Of a stretch of 64,000 bases of DNA, positions 1 to 12,795 are shown one piece after another. Each line of letters starts with the position of its first letter. Within the stretch, counting starts at the first letter, position 1. The notes under the pieces were generated by a model. It had not been told where the DNA came from. It saw only the letters and a program-made list of their open reading frames with translations, and did no database searches. A program made the translations under genes and the position numbers. This DNA is from Mustelus asterias (lineage: Eukaryota). The stretch covers positions 12,772,001 to 12,836,000 of the forward strand of contig NC_135830.1 in the NCBI RefSeq assembly GCF_964213995.1, in the 5' to 3' direction.

Positions 1-56
1 CTTACTGAGGTCCCCCACATTTAAACATATGTTTATTTTCTGGTTACCATTTGACG

Positions 57-364
57 GACTATGTTATTCTGATACTGTTAAGCAAACTGCACCGTCAGTA
101 TCATGCTTGGAGCAAGAACGCATGGTGTTGCCCTGTTCATGCTCCTTCGACAGCCGCCAATCTGACCTGCTCTGGTACCGACAAAAACCGAGGGAGAAGC
201 CGGTATTTTTAATCAAAAAGAAATCGGAGGGAGAAGCAGAGAAAGCTGAGCGTGTGGGAGACCGATTTTCTTCAACACTCCGAGTATCTGATCGTTTCTT
301 CAGTTTAACCCTGACAGATATGCAGCTGAGTGACGGTGGTGTGTATTATTTTGCGCTGAACATT
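57..364 (+). pseudogene. TCR alpha/delta-like V exon, probable pseudogene (leader exon lies outside the window)
   Basis: Ig V-set motifs: DTVKQ...C...WYRQKP...RFSS...LTLTDMQLSDGGVYYF. The second conserved Cys is Phe (TTT, 350-352). The expected phase-1 acceptor at 55-56 reads CG instead of AG. An RSS follows. Confidence 0.88.
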
Positions 365-403
365 CACAGTGATACAAACTGATACACGCGCCGAACAGAA
401 GCT
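365..403 (+). promoter_or_regulatory. 23-RSS
   Basis: CACAGTG (365-371) + 23 bp + ACAGAAGCT (395-403). Confidence 0.9.
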
Positions 404-752
404 ACCACTGGGTTGCAACATTACCCGAGTGACAGGGGTTTAGTTGGTAAACTCTGAACCTTCATCTCTGGCAGCAGCAGAATCAGATGTCGACCGTATT
501 CTGCTGGGCGATTCTGATCGGAAATAAAGAGTTAATCGATGTAAAAAGGCAATTCTGAATGATTGAGTTCCTGACAAAATAGAGTGAGAGAAAGGCAAGG
601 GAAAATAAAAAGGAAGAGAGAACGGCAGCGAAAATAAAGGAGCAGAAGGCCGTGAGACACAAGGAGCTAGCGCGTTGGACGCAACAATTGAAGCAGAGAG
701 CTCAAGAAAGACTGTCTGAGAGTTAGAATCAGGAAAAAAGAAAAGAAAGTAA

Positions 753-2248
753 AAGTCTTTGGCATTGATCTTTGCGTCCTCCCTGTCCACGGGGGTGGTG
801 CCAGAGGACTGGAGAGTGACGAATGTGGTTCCTCTGTTTAAGAAAGGGAATAGAAATGATGCTGGTAATTATAGGCCGGTTAGTCTTATTTCGGTGGTCG
901 GTAAGTTGATGGAAAATGTCCTTAGGGATAGGATTTACGACCATTTAGAAAGATGCAGCTTAATCCGGGATAGTCAGCACGGATTTGTGAAGGGCAAGTC
1001 TTGCCTCACAAATTTGATAGAATTTTTTGAGGAGGTAACTAAGTGTGTTGATGAAGGTAGTGCAGTTGATGTCATATACATGGATTTTAGTAAGGCGTTT
1101 GATAAAGTCCCCCACGGTCGGCTTATGAAGAAAGTAAGGATGTGTGGGATAGAGGGAAGTTTGGCCGATTGGATAGGTAACTGGCTATCTAACAGAAGAC
1201 AGAGGGTGGTGGTGGATGGAAAATTTTTGGACTGGAAACCGGTTACCAGCGGAGTGCCACAGGGATCAGTGCTTGGTCCTCTGCTATTTGTAATTTTTAT
1301 AAATGACTTGGAGGAGGGGGCTGAAGGGTGGATCAGTAAATTTGCTGATGACACCAAGATTGGTGGAGTAGTGGATGAGGTGGAGGGCTGTTGTAGGCTT
1401 CTAAGAGATATAGATAGGATGCAGAGCTGGGCTGAAAAATGGCAAATGGAGTTTAACCCTGACAAATGCGAGGTGATTCATTTAGGTAGGACAAATTTAA
1501 ATGTGGATTACATGGTCAAAGGTAGGGTTCTGAAGAATGTGGAGGAACAGAGAGATCTTGGGGTTCATATCCACAGATCTCTGAAGGTTGCTACGCAAGT
1601 GGATAGAGCCGTGAAGAAGGCCTATAGCGTGTTGGCGTTCATTAACAGGGGATTTGAGTTTAAGAGCCGTGGGGTTATGCTGCAACTGTACAGGACCTTG
1701 GTGAGACCACATTTGGAATATTGTGTGCAGTTCTGGTCACCTCACTACAAGAAGGATGTGGAGAAACTGGAAAGAGTGCAAAGGAGATTTACCAGGATGC
1801 TGCCTGGTTTGGAGGGTAGGTCTTATGAGGAAAGGTTGAGGGAACATCGGCTTTTCCCTTTGGAGCGGAGGAGGTTGAGAGGAGACTTGATAGAGGTTTA
1901 CAAGATAATGAGGGGGATAGATAGAGTGAACGTTCAAAGACTATTTCCTCGGGTGAATGGAGCGGTAACTAGGGGGCATAACTATAGGGTTCATGGTGGG
2001 AGATATAGGAAGGATGTCCGAGGTAGGTTCTTTACGCAGAGAGTGGTTGGGGTGTGGAATGGACTGCCTGCAGGGATAGTGGAGTCAGAAACTTTAGGAA
2101 CATTTAAGAAGCTATTGCATAGGCACATGGAGTACGTCGGGATGATAGGGAGGAAATAGCTTGATCTGGGTTTCAGACAAAGTTCGGCACAACATCGTGG
2201 GCCGAAGGGCCTTTTCTGTGCTGTACTCTTCTATGTTCTATGTTCTAA
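753..2248 (+). mobile_element. 5'-truncated CR1-clade LINE (RT domain and C-terminus open, ORF 759-2159)
   Basis: VPEDWR..NVVPLFKKG, NYRPVSL, QHGF, DFSKAFDKVPH, GVPQGSVLGP, KFADDTK and RPHLEYCVQFWSP motifs; 3' tail (ctatgtt)n. Confidence 0.95.
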
Positions 2249-3162
2249 AAGAAGAATATAGTGAAGGAAGGGAGAGGGAGAAATGGAGAGATAATAAAAG
2301 AGAGAGCGACAGGACCTGAGAAGAAGACACCGAGACAAACATGCATTTTAATATCATCTTACTGGATTTCTGATTTCCAATGATGTGTGATTGTATGTTG
2401 TCCCATTGTGTGATTTCGGTGTGGCTCACGGGGGTTTTGCTGATGGGCCGACTTTGAGCTGTCAGCTGCTGCATTGCAGAAACCGTTTGTTTAACTGTTC
2501 AGGGGGGAAATTGGAAACTGAACAGAGAAAAGACTTTGCAGGTGCACATCTCTCAGATCCTGCGGTTTGAATGTGAGCAACATACTTATTTTGGGAGAAC
2601 TGGAAATTTTAGACATTTTGTGTCACGGCTCCATTACAGATAGAGGGCTGTTGTTACTGGACAACAATTACCTCTCTCTTTTCCTCTCTTTAGATTTCTC
2701 CCTGTCCATCAATGTCTCTACAATTTGAAATAGCATTATTCTCCTGCTGCAACAGGAGGAATCCTTTCAGTTCCTCGAAAGTGTTCTGCCATTTCATAAG
2801 CGGATTTCTCATCTGTCAATCATTGTATTCACTGTGCTCCTATTTACCTCCTCAAAGTAAATATAAGTAAGGCTGGAAGGCAAGCTTCCAGCAATGAGAA
2901 CCCAACCGAGTCATCATTCGTTCATTCAATCTTAAGCCCAATAAGACTTTGGAATGAACTCCCTAAACAGACACAGGCTGTAGCACAGCTCTGTACACTT
3001 ATATTCACTTCCAGACAATTCACCACCTATTGCTCTCAGAGAATTACTGGGGACACAAGGGTCATCCTGAAACGGGAGGGCGGGGTTTACAATGGGTTAC
3101 CTTAAATATCCAACTCCTCTTTTACAGAGCGGACAGTGACAATACGGCTCAGTGTCTTTGAC

Positions 3163-4950
3163 TTGATTTGATTTGATTTATTGTTGTCGCATGTATTAGT
3201 ATACAGTGAAAAGTGTTGCTTCTTGCGCACTATACAGACGAAGCATATGGTTCATATAGAAGGAAACGAGATAGTGCAGAATGTAGTGTTACAGTCATTG
3301 CTACGGTGTAGCGAAAGATGAACTTAGTGCAAGGTAGATCCATTAAAAAGTCTGATAGCAGCAAAGTAGAAGATGTTCTTGAGTCGGTTGGTATGCGACC
3401 TTTGTATCTTTTTCTGATGCAAGAAGGTGGAAAAGAGAACGTCCAGGGTGCGTGGGCTCCTTCGTTATGCTGTCTCCTTTGTTGGGGCAGCGCGATGTGT
3501 AGACAGAGACAATGGATGGGAGGGGTGGTTTGCGTGATGAATTGGGCTACAATCATGACCTTTTTTAGTTACTTGCGGTCTAGGGCAGAGCCATACTAAG
3601 TTATGATATAACCAGAAATAATGCGTTTTGTGGTGCATCTGCTAAAGTTGGTGAGAGACGTAGCTGACATGCCAAATTTCCTTCGTCTTCTGGGAAAGTA
3701 GATGCGTTGGTGGGCTTTCGTAACTATAATGTCGGCGTGGGGTGACTAAGACAGGTTGTTGGTGATCTGAACACCTAAAAGCGGTAAGCTTTCGAACATT
3801 TCCACATCGTTCTCGTTAATGTAGACGGGGCATGTCCTCCAGACACTTCCAAAAGTCGAATAATAATCTCCTCCGTTTTGTTGACATTGAGGGAGAGATT
3901 ATTGTCGTCGCACCAGTTCACCAGATTCTCCATCTCATTCCTGTACTCTGTCTCGTCATTGTTTGAGATCCGACCCACTACAGTGGTGTCGGCTGCAAAC
4001 TGGAAAATCAAGTTAGAGGAGAATGTTCCCACACAATCATAGGTGTATAAGGAGTACAGTAGGGAGCTGAGAACACAGCCTTGTGGGGCACCGGTTTTGA
4101 GTATGATCTTGGAGGAGGTGTTGTTGCCTATCGTTCCTGATTGTGGTCTGTGAGTTAGGAAGTTCAGGATCCAGTCGCAGAGGGAGGTGCCGAGGCCCAG
4201 GCCACGCAGCTTGGAACTGAGTTTCGTCGGGCTAATGGTGTCAATAAATAGGAGTTTGACATAGGTATCCTTGATATCACGGTGTTCCATGGTTGAGTGC
4301 AGGGCCAGGGAGATGGCGTCTGCTGCGGACCTGTTTCGGTGGTTGGCGACCTGTAGTGGATCCAGGCAGTCTGGGAGCCTGGAATTGATTCCTGTCGTGA
4401 ATAACCTTTCGAACCTTTCTTGCTCAAAATGGGCGTACAATGCATCGAGCTCATCAGGGAGAGTTGCGTTGGAGCCGGCGACCTTGCCATAGTCGGTGCG
4501 TGTCCGTGTGGCTAGCTTGGACTCAAGCTTGGTCCACTATTGTCTTTTGGCATCTTTGATGGATCTCCTTATATCGTATCTGGCTTTTCCTATAGATCAG
4601 GTTCGCCTGACTTGAACGCCTCAGACCTGGATTTCAGCACGCAGTGCATATCCCTGTTCATCCATGGTTTCCATCTGGGGAACACATGGGTTTGCTTCTT
4701 TGGCACTCAGTCTTCTACACACTTACTAATGAAGTCAGTTACAGAAGTGGTGCACTTGTTCAGACTAGTCGCAGAGTTTTCAAACACTGACTAGTCCATT
4801 GAATCTAAGAGATCATCCTATTCCTCTGAACAACATTGCACAACTTTCTTTGACGGATTCTCCCGCTTCAGTTTTTGCTTGTAAGCCGGGAGCAGGAGCA
4901 GAACATTGTGATCTGATTTGCCAAGGTGTCAGCGCGCGATCGAGCGGAAG
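3163..4950 (-). mobile_element. Decayed Rex1/Babar-like non-LTR retrotransposon
   Basis: ORF 3775-4440 has DPLQ..RS..DAISLALH, GAPQGCVLS.LLYSLYT.DC and FAADTTVVG.I.NNDE.EYR motifs; the 3' tail is (aatca)n on the minus strand at ~3163-3180. Confidence 0.8.
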
Positions 4951-7408
4951 ACATAGATAGAAACATAGAACAATACAGCACAGAACAGGCCCTTCAGCCC
5001 ACGATGTTGTGCCGAGCTTTATCTGAAACCAAGATCAAGCTATCCCACTCCCTATCATCCTGGTGTGCTCCATGGGCCTATCCAATAACCGCTTAAGTGT
5101 TCCTGAAGTGTCTGACTCCGCTATCAGTGCAGGCAGTCCATTCCACACCCCAACCACTCCCTGTGTAAAGAACCTACCTCTGATATCCTTCCTGTATCTC
5201 CCACCACGAACCCTATAGTTATGCCCCCTTATGCTCCATCCACCCGAGGAAATAGTCTTTGAACGTTCACTCTATCTATCCCCTTCATCATTTTATAAAC
5301 CTCTATGAAGTCTCCCCTCAGCCTCCTCCGCTCCAGAGAGAACAGCCCTAGCTCCCTCAACCTTTCCTCATAAGACCTACCCTCCAAACCAGGCAGCATC
5401 CTGGTAAATCTCCGCTGCACTCTTTCCAGCGCTTCCACATGCATCTTATAGTGAGGTGACCAGAACTGCACACAATATTCCAAATGTGGTCTCACCAAGG
5501 TCCTGTACAGTTGCAGCATAACCCCACGGCTCTTAAACTCCAACCCCCTGTTAATAAAAGCTAACACACTATAGGCCTTCTTCACAGCTCCATTCCACTT
5601 GAGTGGCAACCTTCAGAGAACTGTGGATATGAACCCCAAGATCTCTCTGTTCCTCCACATTCTTCAGAACCCTACCTTTGACCCTGTAATCCACATTTAA
5701 ATTTGTCCTACCAAAATGAATCACCTCACATTTATCAGGGTTAAACTCCATTTGCCATTTTTCAGCCCAGCTTTGCATCCTATCTATGTCTCTTTGCAGT
5801 CTACAACAGCCCTCCACCTCATCCACTACTCCACCAATCTTGTTGTCATCAGCAAATTTACTGATCCACCCTTCAGCCCCCTCCTCTAAGTCATTAATAA
5901 AAATCACAAAGAGCAGAGGACCAAGCACTGATCCCTGTGGCACACCGCGAGCAACCAGCCTCCAATCTGAAAATTTTCCATCCACCACCACCCTCTGTCT
6001 TCGATCAGACAGCCAGTTACCGATCCAATCGGCCAACTTTCCCTCTATCCCACACCTCCTCACTTTCATCATAAGCCGACCATGGGGGACCTTATCAAAC
6101 GCCTTACTAAAATCCATGTGTATGACATCAACTGCCCTACCTTCATCAACACACTTAGTTACCTCCTCAAAAAATTCAATCACATTTGTGAGGCACGACT
6201 TGCCCTTCACGAATCCGTGCTGAGTATCCCGGATTAATCCGCATATTTCTAAATGGTCGTAAATCCCATCCCTAAGGACCTTATCCATCAATTTACCAAC
6301 CACCGAAGTAAGACTAACCGGTATATAATTGCCAGGGTCATTTCTATTCCCTTTCTTAAACAGAGGAACAACATTCGCCATTCTCCAGTCGTCTGGCACC
6401 ATCCCCGTGGACAGTGAGGACCCAAAGATCAAAGCCAAAGGCTCCGCAATCTATCCCTTGCCTCCCAAAGAATCCTGGGACATATTTCATCAGGCCCAGG
6501 GGACTTATCGACCTTCAGTTTATTCAAAACTGCCAGGACATCCTCCCTCCGAATATCTAGTTCCTCCAGCCTATTCGCCTGTAACACCTTCTGTTCCTCA
6601 AACACATGGCCCCTCTCCTTGGTGGACACTGAAGAAAAGTATTCATTCATCACCTCGCCTATCTCTACTGACTCCATACACAAGTTCCCACTACTGTCCT
6701 TGACCGGCCCTAACCTCACCCTGGCCATTCTTTTATTCCTCACATAAGAGTAGAAAGACCACTGCAAGAGCGCACTACCAAGCTACCAGCTCGGATCAAG
6801 GTTTCCTTGATCCGACCCGCCCAAGAACTTCTCATGTCCCCCTCCTAGCTCTCCTAAGCCCCCTTTTCAGCTCGTTCCTTGCTAACTTGTAACCCTCAAT
6901 CGAGCCATCTGAACCTTGTTTCCTCATCCCTACATAAGCTTCCCTCTTCCTTTTCACAAGACATTCCACCTCTTTCGTGAACCATGGTTCCCTCACTCGG
7001 CCATTTCCTCCCTGCCTGACAGGGACATACCTATCAAGGACACCCAGTATTTGTTCCTTGAAAAAGTTCCACTTTTCATTAGTGCCTTTCCCTGACAGTT
7101 TCTGTTCCCAACTTATGCCCCCTAATTCTTGCCTAATCGCATCATAATTACCTCTCCCCCAATTGTAAACCTTGCCCTGCCGTACGGCCCTATTCCTCTC
7201 CATTGCAATAACAAAAGACACCGAATTGTGGTCACTATCTCCAAAGTGCTCTCCCACAACCAAATCTAACACTTGGCCTGGTTCATTTCCCAGTACCAAA
7301 TCCAATGTCGTCTCACCTCTTGTCGGCCTATCCACATATTGTGTCAGGAAACCCTCCTGCAGACACTGCACGAAAACTGCCCCATCCGAACTATTTGACC
7401 TACAAAGA
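4951..7408 (-). mobile_element. CR1-clade LINE, 5'-truncated within the endonuclease region, frameshifted
   Basis: ORFs 6832-7542 (GDSDHN), 6429-6767, 5569-6438 and 5229-5609 are consecutive CR1 ORF2 pieces; the 3' tail is at ~4951-4975. Confidence 0.95.
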
Positions 7409-7924
7409 GACCTACAAACCCACATGTTTGATTTGTGGAGCAGTGGTCTAGGCTGTTTGGCCCTCTGCTGGAAGAGGAGACGTGTTGCTGGTTGCTTGGT
7501 CGTGCGCTCTTGCAGTAGTCTGGCCCGTTGGGGTTTGAACATGAAGAGTACCTGACATTGAAGTCAATCCACCATCCAGCTCCAAAAGAAATGCGTATTC
7601 AGGCGGAAAACTGACCAACTCGGTCCCAGGAAATGAATCTCAGACCTCAGTAAAACTGCACTTAAGCGCGCTCTGTCGATTGTACTAACTGAGTGACTGC
7701 TTCCACCAGTACATATTTAATCCTGCCGGTGAAAGGACTTCAGCTGACCCAAGGCCCTCATTTGAATCTAGTTTAAACATATGCGGGTATATTGTAGATT
7801 GCGACATTGCCGGAAAACAATGGAGAAGGAAGTGATTTTAACAAACTGAATCCCGTGTGTGTGTTTAATCTTGTTGCGGTTTGACATTAAAACGGAAAAG
7901 AGAAATTCGGGCTCGGCAGCAGCC

Positions 7925-8371
7925 ATGCAGATATTCGGTCTGCATTGTGTTTGGGATACTCATTGTCGGTGAGGATGATTCCAATAGTGTTCCATTCAAA
8001 CTGGCGTTATATTTTATATGAATGCGCGATCTTGTCTTGCTCCTGAACACATTACAAATCAGAGTGATGGAGATTCAGTTATTCCGTCCCAATCTTCAGA
8101 GAGCGGGAGAGAAGGGAAAGCCGTGATAATAAAATGTACCTATCGCACGACAGAAGAAACGTGTCTTGTATATTGGGACCTGCAGCCATCAGCGAAGGAG
8201 CCCCAGTTTGTTGTCTGGAGACGGTCTTGGAATGTTGTGGAATGGAAAGGCTCAGCGTTAGGAAAACGGTTTGCTTCAGACCTCCAGCTGTCAGACTCCA
8301 CCACAAGTTTAACCATCATAGACTTGCAGCTGATTAATGTTGCCGCGTATTACTGTGCTCTCTCTGGGACT
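7925..8371 (+). pseudogene. TCR alpha/delta-like V pseudogene (leader 7925-7968, V exon ~8058-8371)
   Basis: The leader reads M(+1 nt)RYSVCIVFGILIV|GTGAG, i.e. frameshifted. The acceptor at 8056-8057 is AA. The V exon reads DSVIPSQ..IKCTY..YWDLQP..RF..SLTIIDLQL..AAYYCALS. Confidence 0.88.
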
Positions 8372-8410
8372 CACAGTGATTGAAAACAATACCGACCCTA
8401 TACAAAAACT
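8372..8410 (+). promoter_or_regulatory. 23-RSS
   Basis: CACAGTG + 23 bp + ACAAAAACT. Confidence 0.95.
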
Positions 8411-8574
8411 GTCTTCCGATTGAAACTGCGGTTCCTGCCTGCTGAGGTTGTCTAGAATCTCGGACAAAAGCAATCACAATGAGGTTGTCAGCCACTCAAC
8501 ACACACACAGAGGAATCCAATTTACCTCTGTCAACTTCTTCACTCCTAATGAATGCACTAGAAGCTGCCTCAGC

Positions 8575-8870
8575 TTTTATTAATCTCGTCCCTGTATTAG
8601 TAATAACTTAATTAGACAACTTCTCAGTTTACATTAATCTAGACCCTGCATTAGTAATAACTGCACTAGTCCATTTTAGTTTATATTAATCTGGACCCTA
8701 TATCAGTATTCACTGCACTTGACCCTGCCCCACATTATATTAATATCGACCCTATCTCAGTTGATATTAATCTAGACCCTGTATCAATAATCACTACACT
8801 TGACCCTGTCCCACTCTGTATTAATCTGGACCCTGTCTCAGTTTATATCAATCTAGTCCCTGTATCAGTA
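8575..8870. repeat. Degenerate minisatellite (recurrent tattaatctagaccctgtatcagt motif, ~30/58 bp periodicity)
   Basis: About seven imperfect recurrences of attaatct(a/g)gaccct. Confidence 0.7.
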
Positions 8871-10995
8871 GAATGTTGTGTTTGGTTATTTGACTTTTCA
8901 GTTCCACTTGATTCCTGATTTATTTCCATACTTATGTCAGGAGTACTTCTAACGAATTTAACTGCTTTTATTGATATTTGGAAGTAAGCTTATTTTGTCT
9001 GCATTTCTATGCTTAACTTCATTCGATTTCATCGGTATGTTTTGTCCGTGCAGATGTGAACATTCTTTCTCAGCAACTGAAACGTTCACAGCTCACATTT
9101 GACATGAATACCGGTGTGCCAATGATGATGAGTAAATGCCCACTGACCGCTCACAACATCCTGTGTAACGAGGGACGTTTTGAATGAATATGAGGGGTTA
9201 ACAGGATCAATGTTTCTGCGAAACTATGAGTGAGATCTGATTTAATGACACCATGCTTCTAAATACTGCATTCAGGAGACCCAAAAATGCAGCCAGAAAC
9301 TTATGAATGTACACCGGAAAAATGAACTTTAAGAGTGTTTTTCTTTAATTGTTTCAGTGAGTCAGGTGTGCCTGGTCGTTACTTTGCTCGGCCATTTCAG
9401 GGGCAATCACATTTCTGTGTGTCGACAGTTACATAATGGCCAGACCAGGTAAACATTTCCTTCCCTAAAGAATTTTAGTGTGGCAGGTTTTTTTGTGACA
9501 ACCAATGTTATCATTACTGAGACTACTCTATTGTCAATGCAATATTGCTTCTAATAATTCGTTTAACTGATTAAGTTCCACCCGCTGTCATGGTGAGAAT
9601 TGAACCTCTGTGCTGACATTATCAGCATGGAACTTTGAATTCCTGGGCTGGTGGCTCTACAGCAACATCACCATGTTGCATAACTGCTACATTAAATGGA
9701 AATTGTTGACTTGCATCCCAGTATTCAGAGTCTTACTCTGGTACAAAAACAAACCTGAATACTCTTGAGTAAAACAGCAGATCACCGAGGTAATCCCAAG
9801 ACCTCTGTTGCTTAAATCACTGAAGGAACGCTTTGACCTGTCGGTGCCGGTCACTTTCAGAGCTCAACTGTTTTGCATTGAATTTTACTGCTTTATGATG
9901 TACTGTAGCATCTCCATGATTGCTGGTCTCCATCTTATCGTCTGTTCTCACGGCTTTACAATAATTGCTCTTCAACTCCAAACACGAGCACAAAATTGGT
10001 CGTGATAACAAATAACAGCTGAAAATCTCGAGTTCAACGCTGCCATGTTCCCCATTTCTTAATAAGCATTTGTCACCAACAATTGTTCAGGTATGCAAAC
10101 CGCCAGATAAAACTCAGTTGAACTCATACATTTCATCAGGCTTTTTTTCTAGTTGGTATAACTGTGGTTTTCGCTTTCCTTCGTTCAAAGAATTGAAACG
10201 AGGTCAATAAAACACCTTTTGCTCGAATGTGGATGAGCAGAAGATGGAGGAGAGAGCTTCAGCAGGTTAATGAGACAAATTAACTGAAAAGTGAAGGAAA
10301 GCGGTTTGGAGTCGAGTCAAATATTGCACGCTAGGAACTAGGGAGACATTTGGAGGACTGAGCTCAAGTGCTGTCTTTGGATTGATACAGAAACCCCAGT
10401 TTGGTTATTTAAAAACCCAGTGGCCACAGAGCCAGGCCGAGTCAGGCAATTGGCATTACTTGTGGCGAATGAGAAACTGAAAAATATGTCTGCATTTTGC
10501 ACTGCTGAATTTACTATTTCTGCCAACAATGACAGACAGAGAAGGAAAGCTGAGTCCATCAAGCCTGTTCACAACACAAATGATTTAAATGTGAAGTGCA
10601 GGCACCATCGCAATCCAGGAAAGAATCACCATGCGCATCGCAAAATCCCTGGTGATGTGATCATCTTTTGTAGCTTGGCGACTGAGGTTTAAAAATCTTG
10701 GAGAGCTGTCCTGCTTTAGAAACTAGTTAGGTGAAGTGTTTACAATGCTCCAGAAAGGCCAGGTGGAGCGTTCATTTAGTACTTTACCTGAGCAATTCAC
10801 TGTGGATACGCTCCGAGTCCATTCACACTGCCAGTGTAAGTGGCAGCTGGAATGTGCGTTAAGGCCTCTGGAGGCAGACCTGAAACCACAACTTTCTGAA
10901 TTACAGAAGATAGAATTGAGAAATGTAACAGTTAACAGAGAGCCGCGGATAGAACTTGAACTGGCGGCATCACCTGTGCCAGTTCTGTTTGGTGA

Positions 10996-11034
10996 GGTTT
11001 TTGTACAGTGAGAGATTAGTTTTAAACAGCTGTG
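10996..11034 (-). promoter_or_regulatory. 23-RSS (variant heptamer)
   Basis: On the minus strand: CACAGCT (11034-11028) + 23 bp + ACAAAAACC (11004-10996). Confidence 0.88.
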
Positions 11035-11451
11035 TCTCTCAGTACGCAGAAATAGACAGCAGTGTCTTGGATTTCTGCTCGAGCAATCGTTAAAGGAAAG
11101 TTATTTTCTGCATTAGTCTGACCGGCCTCGAATTTTCCCTTGGCGAAATCTGCGACTCTTCTGTCGTTGTGCTACCTGTACCAGTAGGGATCGGGGTTAT
11201 TGTTGTTTGTTGTGAAGCTGCAGTCCATTTTCACTCTATCTCCTTTAGTGATACGCAGTTCAGTCTGTGGAGGAGACACAGAATCTGCTTGAATCAGCCC
11301 TGAAATAAAACATAAGGGAAGGTTTAATGCAACACTGAGTGGAAAATTCCACGAACATCACCCTATTGCAAACAAACAAGGAGTTATAGTTTTACATAAC
11401 AAACACCAGGCAAAGTATAACAAGATGACGAAACCACTTGAATTCCATCAT
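11035..11451 (-). pseudogene. TCR delta-like V pseudogene, absent from the ORF track (leader 11451-11400, V exon 11299-11035)
   Basis: Manual translation gives leader MMEFKWFRHLVILCLVF, with the donor reading TTATGT. The acceptor is tttcag. The exon reads GLIQADSVSPPQTELRITKGDRVKMDCSFTTNNNNPDPYWYR*HNDRRVADFAKGKFEAGQTNAENNFPLTIARAEIQDTAVYFCVLR, with a stop at 11174-11172 and FR2 deleted. Confidence 0.9.
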
Positions 11452-12757
11452 TTCTTGGCCAGCAATCTCTTTGCATCAGATGTGTGGAGATACAGATATA
11501 TTTACTATTGTCATCTTTTAAGTTAAGCGGCTGTTGAACAGAAAGCAAAAACAGAAGGCGAGGAAGTATCTTGTGATTTTTTTCAAATACAAAGTAGCAA
11601 TGCGAAAACTGGGTAGCAGCATGTTAACACGAGTAATGACTGGTCAGCTAGTTTCTCTACCTGCACCATCTGACAGCGTCACTGCTCTTGGCGGTATTGT
11701 ATTTGGCAATTCACCCCACCCCTTCCCTCCACACACCACTTGTTCATTAAATATAACATTAAGGCATGTAATTTGTCATTGAGATTATTTTTCATGGTGC
11801 CGAAAAAAGGAAAATGATGAATGAGAGAAATTGGGAGAGAGGAAGCAGACCTGAAATAGAGGGAAAATGCGAGAGAGAACAAGGCACAAATAAAAAAGAA
11901 AGGATGAATGATGCAAACCGAGGAGGAAATTATGTGCTGATTCTCATAGGATGCCATATATTTTTGTTTTGTTGTATCTATGCTCTAGTTAACGGCGATT
12001 ATAGCAAGACCACCATTTATTGTCCATCGCTAACCTGACATAACCACATTGTGGTCTCATCCTGAACTACGCCGGTGTGAATGGTGTAGATGCTCCCACG
12101 GTGTTATTTTGGAAGCACTTCAAGATTTTAAACGAGAGACAACAACAGGAACAGTTATTTATGCCGGAGGTAGGATTGGATATGATTTATGGAATCACTG
12201 GATAAAACGACGCAGAATGAAGTTCTTTGGCCAAGTTGTTTGTACTTCAAGTCTGCAAGAGCTATCCCTTCAGGCCAGTTACATATTCTTTGCCCATGGA
12301 CTTGCCCTTTTGTCCATTTCAAATCTGAAGCCAGCCACTTATTATTGTATCTGCTTCCGCCATTCTTTCAGGCAGGGTTTTGAAGGTCATAAAGACACAC
12401 TTTGAAAATAACCATACATTTCTCCACCATTTCTATTTACCGATTATATTTAATCAGTATCCTATAATTATCGACCCTGCTGCCGATGTAAATAATTCTT
12501 CCTCCGACATTATATAAAACCCTTTCAAAATTCGGGCATCTCATTTAAAATTCAGCTCAAGTTCCTCTTTCCCAAGGGAACCAATCCAGTTTCTGTATTC
12601 ACTCCGATTAACTGATGTCTAGAATCCTTGACAGCATTTTGTCAGAACAAAAATATGTGTTTTTTAATCATTTTATAAACAAGGGATTTTATTTTTCAAG
12701 AGTCTCCGAGTGGAAGACCACTTTTCTAATTTCTCCAGTTTTGTTGTGTTTTGACGA

Positions 12758-12795
12758 GGTTTTTGTACGGGTCACAGCTGGTTTGAAGCACCGTG
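12758..12795 (-). promoter_or_regulatory. 23-type RSS (22-bp spacer)
   Basis: On the minus strand: CACGGTG (12795-12789) + 22 bp + ACAAAAACC (12766-12758). Confidence 0.9.

Noticed and set aside
974-1465. Antisense ORFs over CR1 elements (also 5786, 50373, 51001)
   Set aside because: These are shadow frames of RT coding sequence.
759-2159. Domesticated reverse-transcriptase gene
   Set aside because: It is a standard 5'-truncated CR1 with its 3' UTR and tail, nearly identical to other copies; the open frame reflects youth.
2795-2840. Isolated CACTGTG heptamer as a J or D RSS
   Set aside because: No nonamer at 12 or 23 bp and no FGxG J motif.
8057-8371. NAR-TCR supporting V-delta, because of a CDR1 cysteine
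   Set aside because: It has its own (frameshifted) leader, other decay substitutions are present, and no NAR V-D-J lies upstream.
12049-12405. ORF ending LSISNLKPATYYC as a V segment
   Set aside because: No FR1 or WYxQ motif at the right spacing, no D-x-A before YYC, and no RSS.
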